From Candidatus Schekmanbacteria bacterium (GTDB lineage: Bacteria > Schekmanbacteria > GWA2-38-11 > J061), in contig JACRJM010000002.1 in the NCBI GenBank assembly GCA_016219965.1, positions 48,233 through 112,232 of the forward strand: a stretch of DNA of 64,000 nucleotides, read 5' to 3'. Below, piece after piece: positions 9,571 to 16,286 of the stretch. Within the stretch, counting starts at the first letter, position 1. Every line of letters begins with the position of its first letter. Both the position numbers and the translations under genes were made by a program. The notes under the pieces were generated by a model. It was given only the letters and a program-made list of their open reading frames with translations, was not told the DNA's origin and did not search any database.

Positions 9571-9696
9571 GGCAAACGTAAGATTTAGCAGCATACTTTG
9601 TCAGCAGCCAGCTCGCAAATCCTCATGTACAGAAAAGTACACTCCGGTATTGCTCGCCGTCCGCTTTCGCGTCTGCTATCTAAATCTTACGTTTGC
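9571..9696 (+). repeat. Extended-hairpin intergenic repeat of about 125 bp, copy B
   Basis: Perfect 17-bp terminal inverted repeat: GCAAACGTAAGATTTAG at 9572-9588 and CTAAATCTTACGTTTGC at 9680-9696. The central hairpin is TGTAC-agaaaa-GTACA at 9626-9641. The reverse complement aligns with 3193-3315. Confidence 0.75.
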
Positions 9697-9770
9697 AAAA
9701 AAATATATTCAGCTTCCTCGTCTTCCACGCAAAACTTGAATTTGCAAAAAAATGTATTCAGCTTTTCTCT

Positions 9771-9795
9771 GTCATTCCCGTGAAAACGGGAATCC
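9771..9795 (+). repeat. GTCATT-headed hairpin repeat
   Basis: The sequence is gtcATTCCCGtgaaaaCGGGAATcc, with perfect 7-bp arms. Confidence 0.6.
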
Positions 9796-9828
9796 AGTGA
9801 TTTTTTGTTTATTCCTTTTTTTGTATGC

Positions 9829-9910
9829 CATTCTGAGTCCTTCGCTTGTCATTCTGAGCGTAGCGAAGAATCTCATGTTTCGGCTCAGGATAAACTCCGC
9901 GAAGAATCTC
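9829..9910 (+). repeat. Block of short GC-rich repeats (CATTCTGAG x2, GCGAAGAATCTC x2)
   Basis: CATTCTGAG occurs at 9829 and 9850. GCGAAGAATCTC occurs at 9863 and 9899. The block includes the hairpin gtcATTCTgagcgtagcgaAGAATctc at 9848-9874. The track ORFs here are translations of these repeats. Confidence 0.6.
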
Positions 9911-9970
9911 GTTTTTTTCTGTTACTTTTACTCGCTCATCTATAATTTTCAATGGGGGTTTTAAAAAGTA

Positions 9971-10080
9971 GTAGCAATCTCAAACCTATTTATGCCACTT
10001 TATTGTCAGCTTTAATCAAGTTTAAGTTACTATTTTAGACTTTTAATCTTGACTGGCTATCTGCGAGAAATGTATAGAGT
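9971..10080 (+). promoter_or_regulatory. Conserved promoter-bearing leader, copy 1
   Basis: It aligns without gaps to 13790-13899; by my count 87 of the first 100 positions are identical. It contains TTGACT at 10049-10054, an 18-nt spacer, and TATAGA at 10073-10078. Confidence 0.6.
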
Positions 10081-10125
10081 AAGAAAATAGAAGACGTATA
10101 AAAAGAATGTTGGGCATAAAATGCA

Positions 10126-11370
10126 ATGGATCAGAATATGAAAATTTATCCGTTCAACGATGGAGATATATTTGCCACATTTCGTAATATCGTAGACAAG
10201 GTAACACAAGAGATTCAGGCATTAGAAAACGAATATGTGCTTAAAGCGTCACTTGCTGAGCTTGAAAATTACTATATCGAAAAGGTCTTTATTCATCCAC
10301 TTGTCCTACACACAGATCATTATTACATTGAGAATCAATCAGGCACGCAGATAGATATTAGTCATGATTTCCGCAGAGCCGTATTTCCTGGACAGCGTGC
10401 TGTTGTCAGAGGGACCTGTTTAGATATAGCCATTCCATACGATGGGGATTCTATTCTTTGGAGAATTCAAGCTTCCACGTTTAGCTTAAGTGGCTTTCCT
10501 GAGATAGAAATACGTGATGATACGATAGTTCTAACTGTTAGTTTCCCAGATGACATGGCAAACCCTGACCAACTTAAGGTAGATATAGATAGGAGCATTA
10601 GGTCATTAACTGATGCAGTAAAAAATCTAAGTACTGACGTAGAAAAACATAACAATTCAGTGCCGCAAATTATTAAGGCTACCTTACAGCGCAAGAGAAT
10701 GTTAGCCGAATCTACCATTGGTACTGTGTCATCTCTTGGAATTCCAATAAAACGGCGCGACAAGCCATTAACATTCACAGCACCTATGAAACGACGAGAG
10801 TCTCCCATACCTAAGCCAAAAGTTCAAATCGAAGCATATAAACTTGAACCAGTCTTATCAGAAGAAGAGTACCAACATATACTGGAAATTATGCGAAGCA
10901 TGTCTTTAGTAATTGAAAGGAATCCAGCCGTTTTTTCTTCTCTGGATGAGGAGGCTATTCGAACCCACTTTCTCTTACAGTTAAATGGCCACTATAATGG
11001 AAGCGCTACAGGCGAAACCTTTAACGCTTCAGGCAAAACAGACATTCTCATTAGAGTTGAAAATAGAAACATATTTATCGCTGAATGCAAGTTCTGGAGA
11101 GGTTCTTCGGGATTTAATGAAGCTATTAATCAGCTCCTTGGTTATTTATCCTGGCGGGACACTAAGTGCGCATTGCTAATATTTAATAAAACTAAAGATT
11201 CCTCTGGTGTTTGTCAAAAAATGCATGAAACAATGAACTCTCGTCCAGAACATAAAAGAACAATCACATTTAATCCTAATAGTGATGCAAGATACATTTT
11301 CGTAAAAGAAACAGATCCAGGTCGTGAAATTATAATTACAACACAATTGTATGACTTGCCCATTATTTAG
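10126..11370 (+). CDS. Hypothetical protein with C-terminal PD-(D/E)xK-type nuclease motif (cassette ORF 1)
   Basis: 414-aa ORF; an alternative start is ATG 10138. The C-terminal core is GKTDILIRVENRNIFIAECKFWRG (D-x13-E-C-K), followed by QLLGYL. The middle has a basic, Pro-rich linker (KRRDKPLTFTAPMKRRESPIPKPK). I do not recognise the N-terminal half. Confidence 0.55.
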   Translation: MDQNMKIYPFNDGDIFATFRNIVDKVTQEIQALENEYVLKASLAELENYYIEKVFIHPLVLHTDHYYIENQSGTQIDISHDFRRAVFPGQRAVVRGTCLDIAIPYDGDSILWRIQASTFSLSGFPEIEIRDDTIVLTVSFPDDMANPDQLKVDIDRSIRSLTDAVKNLSTDVEKHNNSVPQIIKATLQRKRMLAESTIGTVSSLGIPIKRRDKPLTFTAPMKRRESPIPKPKVQIEAYKLEPVLSEEEYQHILEIMRSMSLVIERNPAVFSSLDEEAIRTHFLLQLNGHYNGSATGETFNASGKTDILIRVENRNIFIAECKFWRGSSGFNEAINQLLGYLSWRDTKCALLIFNKTKDSSGVCQKMHETMNSRPEHKRTITFNPNSDARYIFVKETDPGREIIITTQLYDLPII

Positions 11371-11383
11371 GATAATTGCAGAT

Positions 11384-11475
11384 GGCTAACAAAACGCTAA
11401 AGAGGGACGAGGATTAGCCGTCTTTTTTTCATTTCGGACTCTGTGCACCCGCGCCCTTCATGTTGGGTGTTAGGC
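11384..11475 (+). other. Integron attC-like recombination site 1 (92 bp)
   Basis: The 5' box is GGCTAAC (RYYYAAC-like) and lies 14 nt after the stop codon. The 3' box is GTTAGGC (a perfect GTTRRRY). The two boxes are complementary with one mismatch. The interior is only imperfectly palindromic. Confidence 0.5.
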
Positions 11476-11555
11476 AAGATAGTACATTAGGAAAAAATAA
11501 AGAGATGATTATCGTTAGACAATTGATGACGATGATTCCCAAATATGAGGTGTAA

Positions 11556-13055
11556 ATGAGAGGACGTAAGAATTTAATAGATGAATTAAGCCCCATTCTC
11601 TTGGTGTTGGGGGTTGTGGCAAATTTAGCTGCTATAGTGACGCCACTTTTGCCATCCGCAGCACCATGGATGTCTTTATTGTTCCTTGTGTTCGCAGTTT
11701 TGTTTTGGCTGTTTATTTTGTACAAAAGAATAAATACACCACATAAAGCACGCACTGCACCTGTTCACCTTCACTCTGATTGGGACGCAACTGCACTTGT
11801 GTCCAGTTTATCAAATGCTAAAATTTCGGTGATTAAGCCATCTTTGAAGATTCTTGAGTCACTTTCATTGCATCTTATAATAGCCGACAGGCTCGATACA
11901 GGAGGATGGTCAAAAACGCAGACTTGGCGTTTTGTTCGAGTTAAAAAACCTCTTTCTCCTGTTGGAACTCTAACAGGCACATACTTCGCATTCGAGGCGC
12001 TTAGGCCTTATGGTTATCTGCATTCCTCAGAAGCAAATCATCTTAAAAGTAAACTGTCTGAAATAGTAATGCCAGATGGACGAGTTAAGCGACAAGTTCA
12101 ACTTACGGGCACTGGCATAACAGAAATAGTTTCGGAAAACCTGCGGCACTCTTCTGCGTGGTTTCTTCTTCGTGCATCAACAGGTGATCATCCTACACCC
12201 GCCGATAGAAATTGCGCACTACGAATTGCTGCTGACCTTGCTGGTAGGCTCGAGGTGGCAGAGAGTTTAAAAGGTTTAAAAGAAGATAAAGATATGATGG
12301 GCACTGCATTTGCAACTGTTGCACTCATTGCTGAAGAGCCATGGTTCCAAAACAGAAAACCAGAGCATCAAGAACTGGTTCGATTGTCAATCAAGGCGTT
12401 CTGTAAGTCAAATGAGTTAAGTACTCCGGGTCATCCCTCTTGGGGTGCTGAAGGAGGTGGCTCAGCTGCTGCAGAAACTGCTGCACAGTGGTGTACAGTA
12501 TGGCTCTTATGTTCTATTGCTGACTGGCATGGCTTGGATAGCAGTTTGAAATATGCTTTGTCTGATCAATTACTTGACCTCATTGAGGCAAACATTGCCG
12601 CAGCGACCACTAAGGACATTTTATTGCCATACGCTTTCACTCGTGACGCATCGCGAACGCCAATAGGAGAGTCACTTTTGGCGACGGCAATAGCATGCTA
12701 TGCTTCTATGATACTTTTGGGCATTCAAACCCAGCGAGCAGACACAGAAAGAGTGGAAAGAGCAATTCATGATCTTCTGCATCGAATTATAGACCGAGGT
12801 ATTAAATACTCAACAATTGATTCTTTAGTAGAGCCTTACGAAGGGTACCTGTCATGGGCTGCCTTGCTTTTTGCACTGAGACCAATTCTTCATCCTGTTG
12901 CTTTAAAAGCGACAAATTTTATTTCTGAAATATTGTCAGACACTGCAATTAATTTAGGATCTAATGACTTAATGTTAGCCCATGAAAAAATTAACTTCTT
13001 GTATAACGAAGCTGGAATTACTCTGCACCCTAATGGTCTAATGCAGGATTTGTAG
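11556..13055 (+). CDS. Membrane-anchored protein with alpha/alpha-toroid (prenyltransferase/terpene-cyclase-like) repeats (cassette ORF 2)
   Basis: 499-aa ORF with a GAGGTG RBS. Two N-terminal TM helices are predicted (ILLVLGVVANLAAIV..., MSLLFLVFAVLFWLFILY). Repeated GGW...T.Y.A.EAL-type segments follow (DTGGWSKTQTW...GTYFAFEAL, HSSAWFLL, GTAFATVALIA, EGGGSAAAETAAQW). Confidence 0.45.
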   Translation: MRGRKNLIDELSPILLVLGVVANLAAIVTPLLPSAAPWMSLLFLVFAVLFWLFILYKRINTPHKARTAPVHLHSDWDATALVSSLSNAKISVIKPSLKILESLSLHLIIADRLDTGGWSKTQTWRFVRVKKPLSPVGTLTGTYFAFEALRPYGYLHSSEANHLKSKLSEIVMPDGRVKRQVQLTGTGITEIVSENLRHSSAWFLLRASTGDHPTPADRNCALRIAADLAGRLEVAESLKGLKEDKDMMGTAFATVALIAEEPWFQNRKPEHQELVRLSIKAFCKSNELSTPGHPSWGAEGGGSAAAETAAQWCTVWLLCSIADWHGLDSSLKYALSDQLLDLIEANIAAATTKDILLPYAFTRDASRTPIGESLLATAIACYASMILLGIQTQRADTERVERAIHDLLHRIIDRGIKYSTIDSLVEPYEGYLSWAALLFALRPILHPVALKATNFISEILSDTAINLGSNDLMLAHEKINFLYNEAGITLHPNGLMQDL

Positions 13056-13111
13056 AGAAAACGACATTTATGAGTCTATAGGTATCAAATGAATAATGAA
13101 CGAATATAAAT

Positions 13112-13176
13112 TCCTAACAACCGCATCAAGGCCGACGCCGAGAAATGCGGCGGCGCCACTGGTGAGGCCGTTAGCC
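13112..13176 (+). other. Integron attC-like recombination site 2 (65 bp)
   Basis: The sequence is TCCTAACAACCGCATCAAGGCCGACGCCGAGAAATGCGGCGGCGCCACTGGTGAGGCCGTTAGCC. The arms are complementary with bulges. As I remember it, the layout closely resembles the classical 60-bp aadA-type attC. Confidence 0.75.
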
Positions 13177-13191
13177 CCGAAAGGATTTAAC

Positions 13192-13710
13192 ATGAGACGA
13201 GAAGAAAGAACAATCCCATCAGAAGAGATCCTACTGAAAGCAATGGAGCTTGCATGGAAAGACCATCATCACGCGCGAGACCAAACATGGAAGACAGTAC
13301 AGATGGTTGCGGTATTAGGCGCGGGTCTATTGACTATAGATCTCCAATACAAGAGTTTGCTGGCAACCGCACTAGCAGCCCTTCTCGTGGTCCTTGCTTC
13401 GGCCGTTGGTGTTGGGATCACCTGGAATCATAGGAAGTTAGAAAGGAGAAAATTTATACATTTGATGAATTGTGAAGAACTTCTCGGACTACACCGCGAC
13501 GATATCATTCCTCTTGCCTGCAATGATGACTCGATGAAGAACAAAAGTGATCTTGTAAAAGACAGCGCAGTCAGCGTTCCGAAGAAATACAAGTTCATCG
13601 ACGTTATCAATCCTTTCAAGCAAAATACTTCACTTTTCATCCTTCGAATTCACCTTGCTATCATGGTGTTTGCATTACTCATCATATTCCTAAGGTGGCG
13701 TATCACATGA
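13192..13710 (+). CDS. Small membrane protein, three predicted TM helices (cassette ORF 3)
   Basis: The track ORF starts at 13096 but reads through attC-2. The ATG at 13192 lies 16 nt after the GTTAGCC box. Predicted TM segments are VQMVAVLGAGLLTI, LATALAALLVVLASAVGVGI and LFILRIHLAIMVFALLIIFL. Confidence 0.55.
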   Translation: MRREERTIPSEEILLKAMELAWKDHHHARDQTWKTVQMVAVLGAGLLTIDLQYKSLLATALAALLVVLASAVGVGITWNHRKLERRKFIHLMNCEELLGLHRDDIIPLACNDDSMKNKSDLVKDSAVSVPKKYKFIDVINPFKQNTSLFILRIHLAIMVFALLIIFLRWRIT

Positions 13711-13789
13711 GTAAAAATAAGGAGAGCGCCTGTTTTTTATGGAATCTATAAAGGCGGAATTTTAAATCTTATTCTTCTGGTCACTGCCG

Positions 13790-13900
13790 TAACAATCTGA
13801 TACCCATTTATGCCAATTTATTGTCAACTTTGATCAAGTTTAAGTTACTATTTTAAACTTTCCTTCTTGACTGACTATCTGCGAGAGAGATATATAAGTA
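13790..13900 (+). promoter_or_regulatory. Conserved promoter-bearing leader, copy 2
   Basis: Paralogue of 9971-10080. It contains TTGACT at 13868-13873, an 18-nt spacer, and TATATA at 13892-13897. The spacing and offset are the same as in copy 1. Confidence 0.6.
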
Positions 13901-13991
13901 TATGAAGTACAATATATATAAAAAAGAATATTACGTTTACCAATTTTATCCAAATTAGTATCTAAGTTCAAAGCTTACAAGATAGAAGATT

Positions 13992-15671
13992 TTGAATAAT
14001 TCTCCAACAAATATGTGGATTGTAATTGATGAAATGCCCCCCGGCTCAATGAATTTTGAGAAAATTGGTGGTATAAAGATTTTTCGCCCTCGAGCATCTA
14101 ATGAGGTAGCACTTTGTGTTGAGGCTGAAAATAATCTTCGATCTGAATTTGAGGTTGGAAAATATACTGATAGGGAAACTATAAACAGGATTCTAAAACA
14201 TCAGTTTAGTTTTTTTATTAATTTACTTAACCAGTTATTGCCCACCTTAGCATCTTTAGATTTTTTGAGATTTCTTCTGACCGAATATGATAAGACCTCA
14301 GAAATTGATCGCTTGTATAAAAACAATCAGCTTAATGATGATAAGGAAAAATGGGCTGATTTAGGCCCAACTATACGGCGAGCAATAAAATATCTCGCAG
14401 AGCGAGTAATTCTGTTTCGACCAGTAGAACTGCCTGATGTGTCAGATGAAATAATAATAGAAGCTACAGAAAAAATATGGATTTGTGCAGAAGAATTGGT
14501 GAAGCACTACATTTTAAGCGACCAGACGTTTATGATCTTTCCTGATGATACAATTTTTGAAGTCAATCCAGTAGGTAATCACAACTATTGGACGCTTAAG
14601 ATAAATAATAATTATGCCACAGAAGTGCGAGAACGTATAAGAATTGATACAATGAATCGGGATAAATTTATACATTCCCCGTCATTTGACCTGCAATCCA
14701 GTGAGCATGAAAAAATATTGGGGGATGCATTCAAAAATACTATGAGTTTATCATATCTGGAAGTTTTAGGGACTTTACGAACTTTCATTGATTTAGCTCA
14801 ACCACCTCAAGAGGGTTTTCCTATTCCGTTTGTACACCGAGAACAAACTCTCAACTTGCTAGCAAGCTACTTAAACTTCCCGCAACCAGCTATTGAGCAG
14901 GTTATTGCCGGTTTCTCCATTTCCCAATCCAATTTAGAAACCGAAGGTCGTGAGATATGGAAACCGAAACAGGAGTATAGGGCTTTCAGAAGGGGTATTT
15001 TTGAAGCCCCTCATTCTACAGGAACTCATCTAATTTTTTCCAAAGCAATGGCAGAAGAGAGCGCACTTCAGCTTGTAGGGGGAATAGTATTTAAAGACAT
15101 TCCACCAGAATGGCGCAGTGATGAAGTAAATGTGGCTCTGGAAACTTTGTCAAACGAAGCTGGAAAGTGGTTTGAGCAAGTAGTTTTAAAAAATTTTGAA
15201 ATGGTTGGCGTTTTTGGCATAAAATCTATGAAGAATGGGATTGGACAGCAAAATAAGAGAATTACAATTCCTCCAGATGTTGGCGAGATTGATTATCTTG
15301 GATATTCTCCATGTGAAAATCTATTGGTTTTGTGTGAGTGTAAAATGGTCAGAGCAGGCTTTGAACCAAAATATTTCCGCGATGAGATATATGAATTTGT
15401 GGGCAGCAACACATCTTATTTTAAGAAGTTTCAAAGGAAAATTGATTGGGTACGTCAGAACGTAAATGATATATGTGATGCTCTATCATCTGTTCGGGTA
15501 CATGATGTACCCATTACACCGACCCGTATTGCAACAGTAATTGTCACACTCTATCCGTCTATCGTTTCTTGTTTTACTACTGATTTTCCATGCGTCTCTA
15601 TCACCGAAATCATGATGGGATACAAACAGAATGGGAATTGGCCCTATAAATTGGGAGTACTTATTTGCTGA
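13992..15671 (+). CDS. Hypothetical protein with C-terminal PD-(D/E)xK-type nuclease motif (cassette ORF 4)
   Basis: 559-aa ORF starting at TTG; an alternative start is ATG 14013. The C-terminal core is WFEQVV...GEIDYLGYSPCENLLVLCECKMV (E...D-x14-E-C-K). I do not recognise the N-terminal 430 aa or so. Confidence 0.55.
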   Translation: MNNSPTNMWIVIDEMPPGSMNFEKIGGIKIFRPRASNEVALCVEAENNLRSEFEVGKYTDRETINRILKHQFSFFINLLNQLLPTLASLDFLRFLLTEYDKTSEIDRLYKNNQLNDDKEKWADLGPTIRRAIKYLAERVILFRPVELPDVSDEIIIEATEKIWICAEELVKHYILSDQTFMIFPDDTIFEVNPVGNHNYWTLKINNNYATEVRERIRIDTMNRDKFIHSPSFDLQSSEHEKILGDAFKNTMSLSYLEVLGTLRTFIDLAQPPQEGFPIPFVHREQTLNLLASYLNFPQPAIEQVIAGFSISQSNLETEGREIWKPKQEYRAFRRGIFEAPHSTGTHLIFSKAMAEESALQLVGGIVFKDIPPEWRSDEVNVALETLSNEAGKWFEQVVLKNFEMVGVFGIKSMKNGIGQQNKRITIPPDVGEIDYLGYSPCENLLVLCECKMVRAGFEPKYFRDEIYEFVGSNTSYFKKFQRKIDWVRQNVNDICDALSSVRVHDVPITPTRIATVIVTLYPSIVSCFTTDFPCVSITEIMMGYKQNGNWPYKLGVLIC

Positions 15672-15683
15672 GATTGAAGGTAA

Positions 15684-15793
15684 ACCTAACAAGCGTTTGC
15701 AGCCACTATGTTTTTCAGCTTTGTTTTGTCAGCCAAGTTGTCGTAAACTGAAACTGCTTATCTTGCCCCGCAAAGGTTCAAAAGGGGTTAGGT
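15684..15793 (+). other. Integron attC-like recombination site 3 (110 bp)
   Basis: The 5' box ACCTAAC is a perfect RYYYAAC and lies 13 nt after the stop. The 3' box GTTAGGT is a perfect GTTRRRY. The two boxes are perfectly complementary. There is an inner TTTGC/GCAAA pairing and a partly palindromic centre. Confidence 0.6.
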
Positions 15794-16037
15794 CTTGAAA
15801 GATAAGTTTTGTTATGTAATCTGAAGACTGTAAAGCTTGGACATACAATGAAACAAATTGCTTCATATTTACAAGTCCATTCTACAGATGCAAGCAAGTT
15901 AATAATACGTTAGAAAAAAAGTGATAATTCAAGAAATGGCCCCTCTAATTTCCCTGCTTTTTGACTTACTATTCAAACGAACTTGACACGGGATTTTCTG
16001 ATGGATATTCTTTGGATATACGCAGGAGGTAGCGTTA

Positions 16038-16286
16038 ATGGTTACGAAAATTCAAAAATGGGGAAACAGCCAGGGGCTGCGTATTGCCAGACAGGTTCTT
16101 GAGGACGCGCACATTTCGGTGGGCGACGAGGTTGACGTGACAATAAGGAAAGGCATGCTTATCATTGCTCCGATAAAATGCATTCGTGGTCTCAGGAGTC
16201 TGGAAGAACTGGTCTCACGCATACCCAAGAGCTACAAGCCCAAAGAGACTGATTGGGGCAAACCAGTGGGTAAAGAGGTCTGGTAG
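16038..16286 (+). CDS. mazE: AbrB/MazE/SpoVT-family antitoxin
   Basis: 82-aa ORF with the signature N-terminus VTKIQKWGNSQGLRIARQVLE. The RBS is AGGAGG. Confidence 0.85.
   Translation: MVTKIQKWGNSQGLRIARQVLEDAHISVGDEVDVTIRKGMLIIAPIKCIRGLRSLEELVSRIPKSYKPKETDWGKPVGKEVW

Noticed and set aside
8174-9594. A series of minus-strand ORFs inside the UbiD gene, and similar ones in the acyl-CoA synthetase genes.
   Set aside because: They are antisense shadows of strongly supported genes.
9598-9964. Track ORFs 9598-9783 and 9752-9964 (61 and 70 aa).
   Set aside because: They are translations of the intergenic repeat block (the extended hairpin, the GTCATT hairpins, and the CATTCTGAG/GCGAAGAATCTC units). 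They have no RBS and low-complexity products.
11429-11755. 108-aa minus-strand ORF.
   Set aside because: It overlaps attC-1 and the 5' end of cassette ORF 2 on the opposite strand. It lies antisense to a better-supported gene that has an RBS.
13096-13191. N-terminal extension of cassette ORF 3 (MNEYKFLTTASRPTPRNAAAPLVRPLAPKGFN).
   Set aside because: The extension is encoded by attC-2 itself. The ATG at 13192 just after the GTTAGCC box is the plausible start.
10126-13710. ORFs 1-3 as one three-gene operon-encoded system.
   Set aside because: attC-like sites separate ORF 1 from ORF 2 and ORF 2 from ORF 3, which argues for independent cassettes. Functional cooperation cannot be excluded, but the structure does not support it.
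13790-13849. The first 60 bp of leader copy 2 as a fourth attC (GTAAC...GTTAC, attC-like length).
   Set aside because: The boxes do not fit RYYYAAC/GTTRRRY and the internal pairing is poor. In copy 1 the 5' box is GTAGC, which breaks the pairing.
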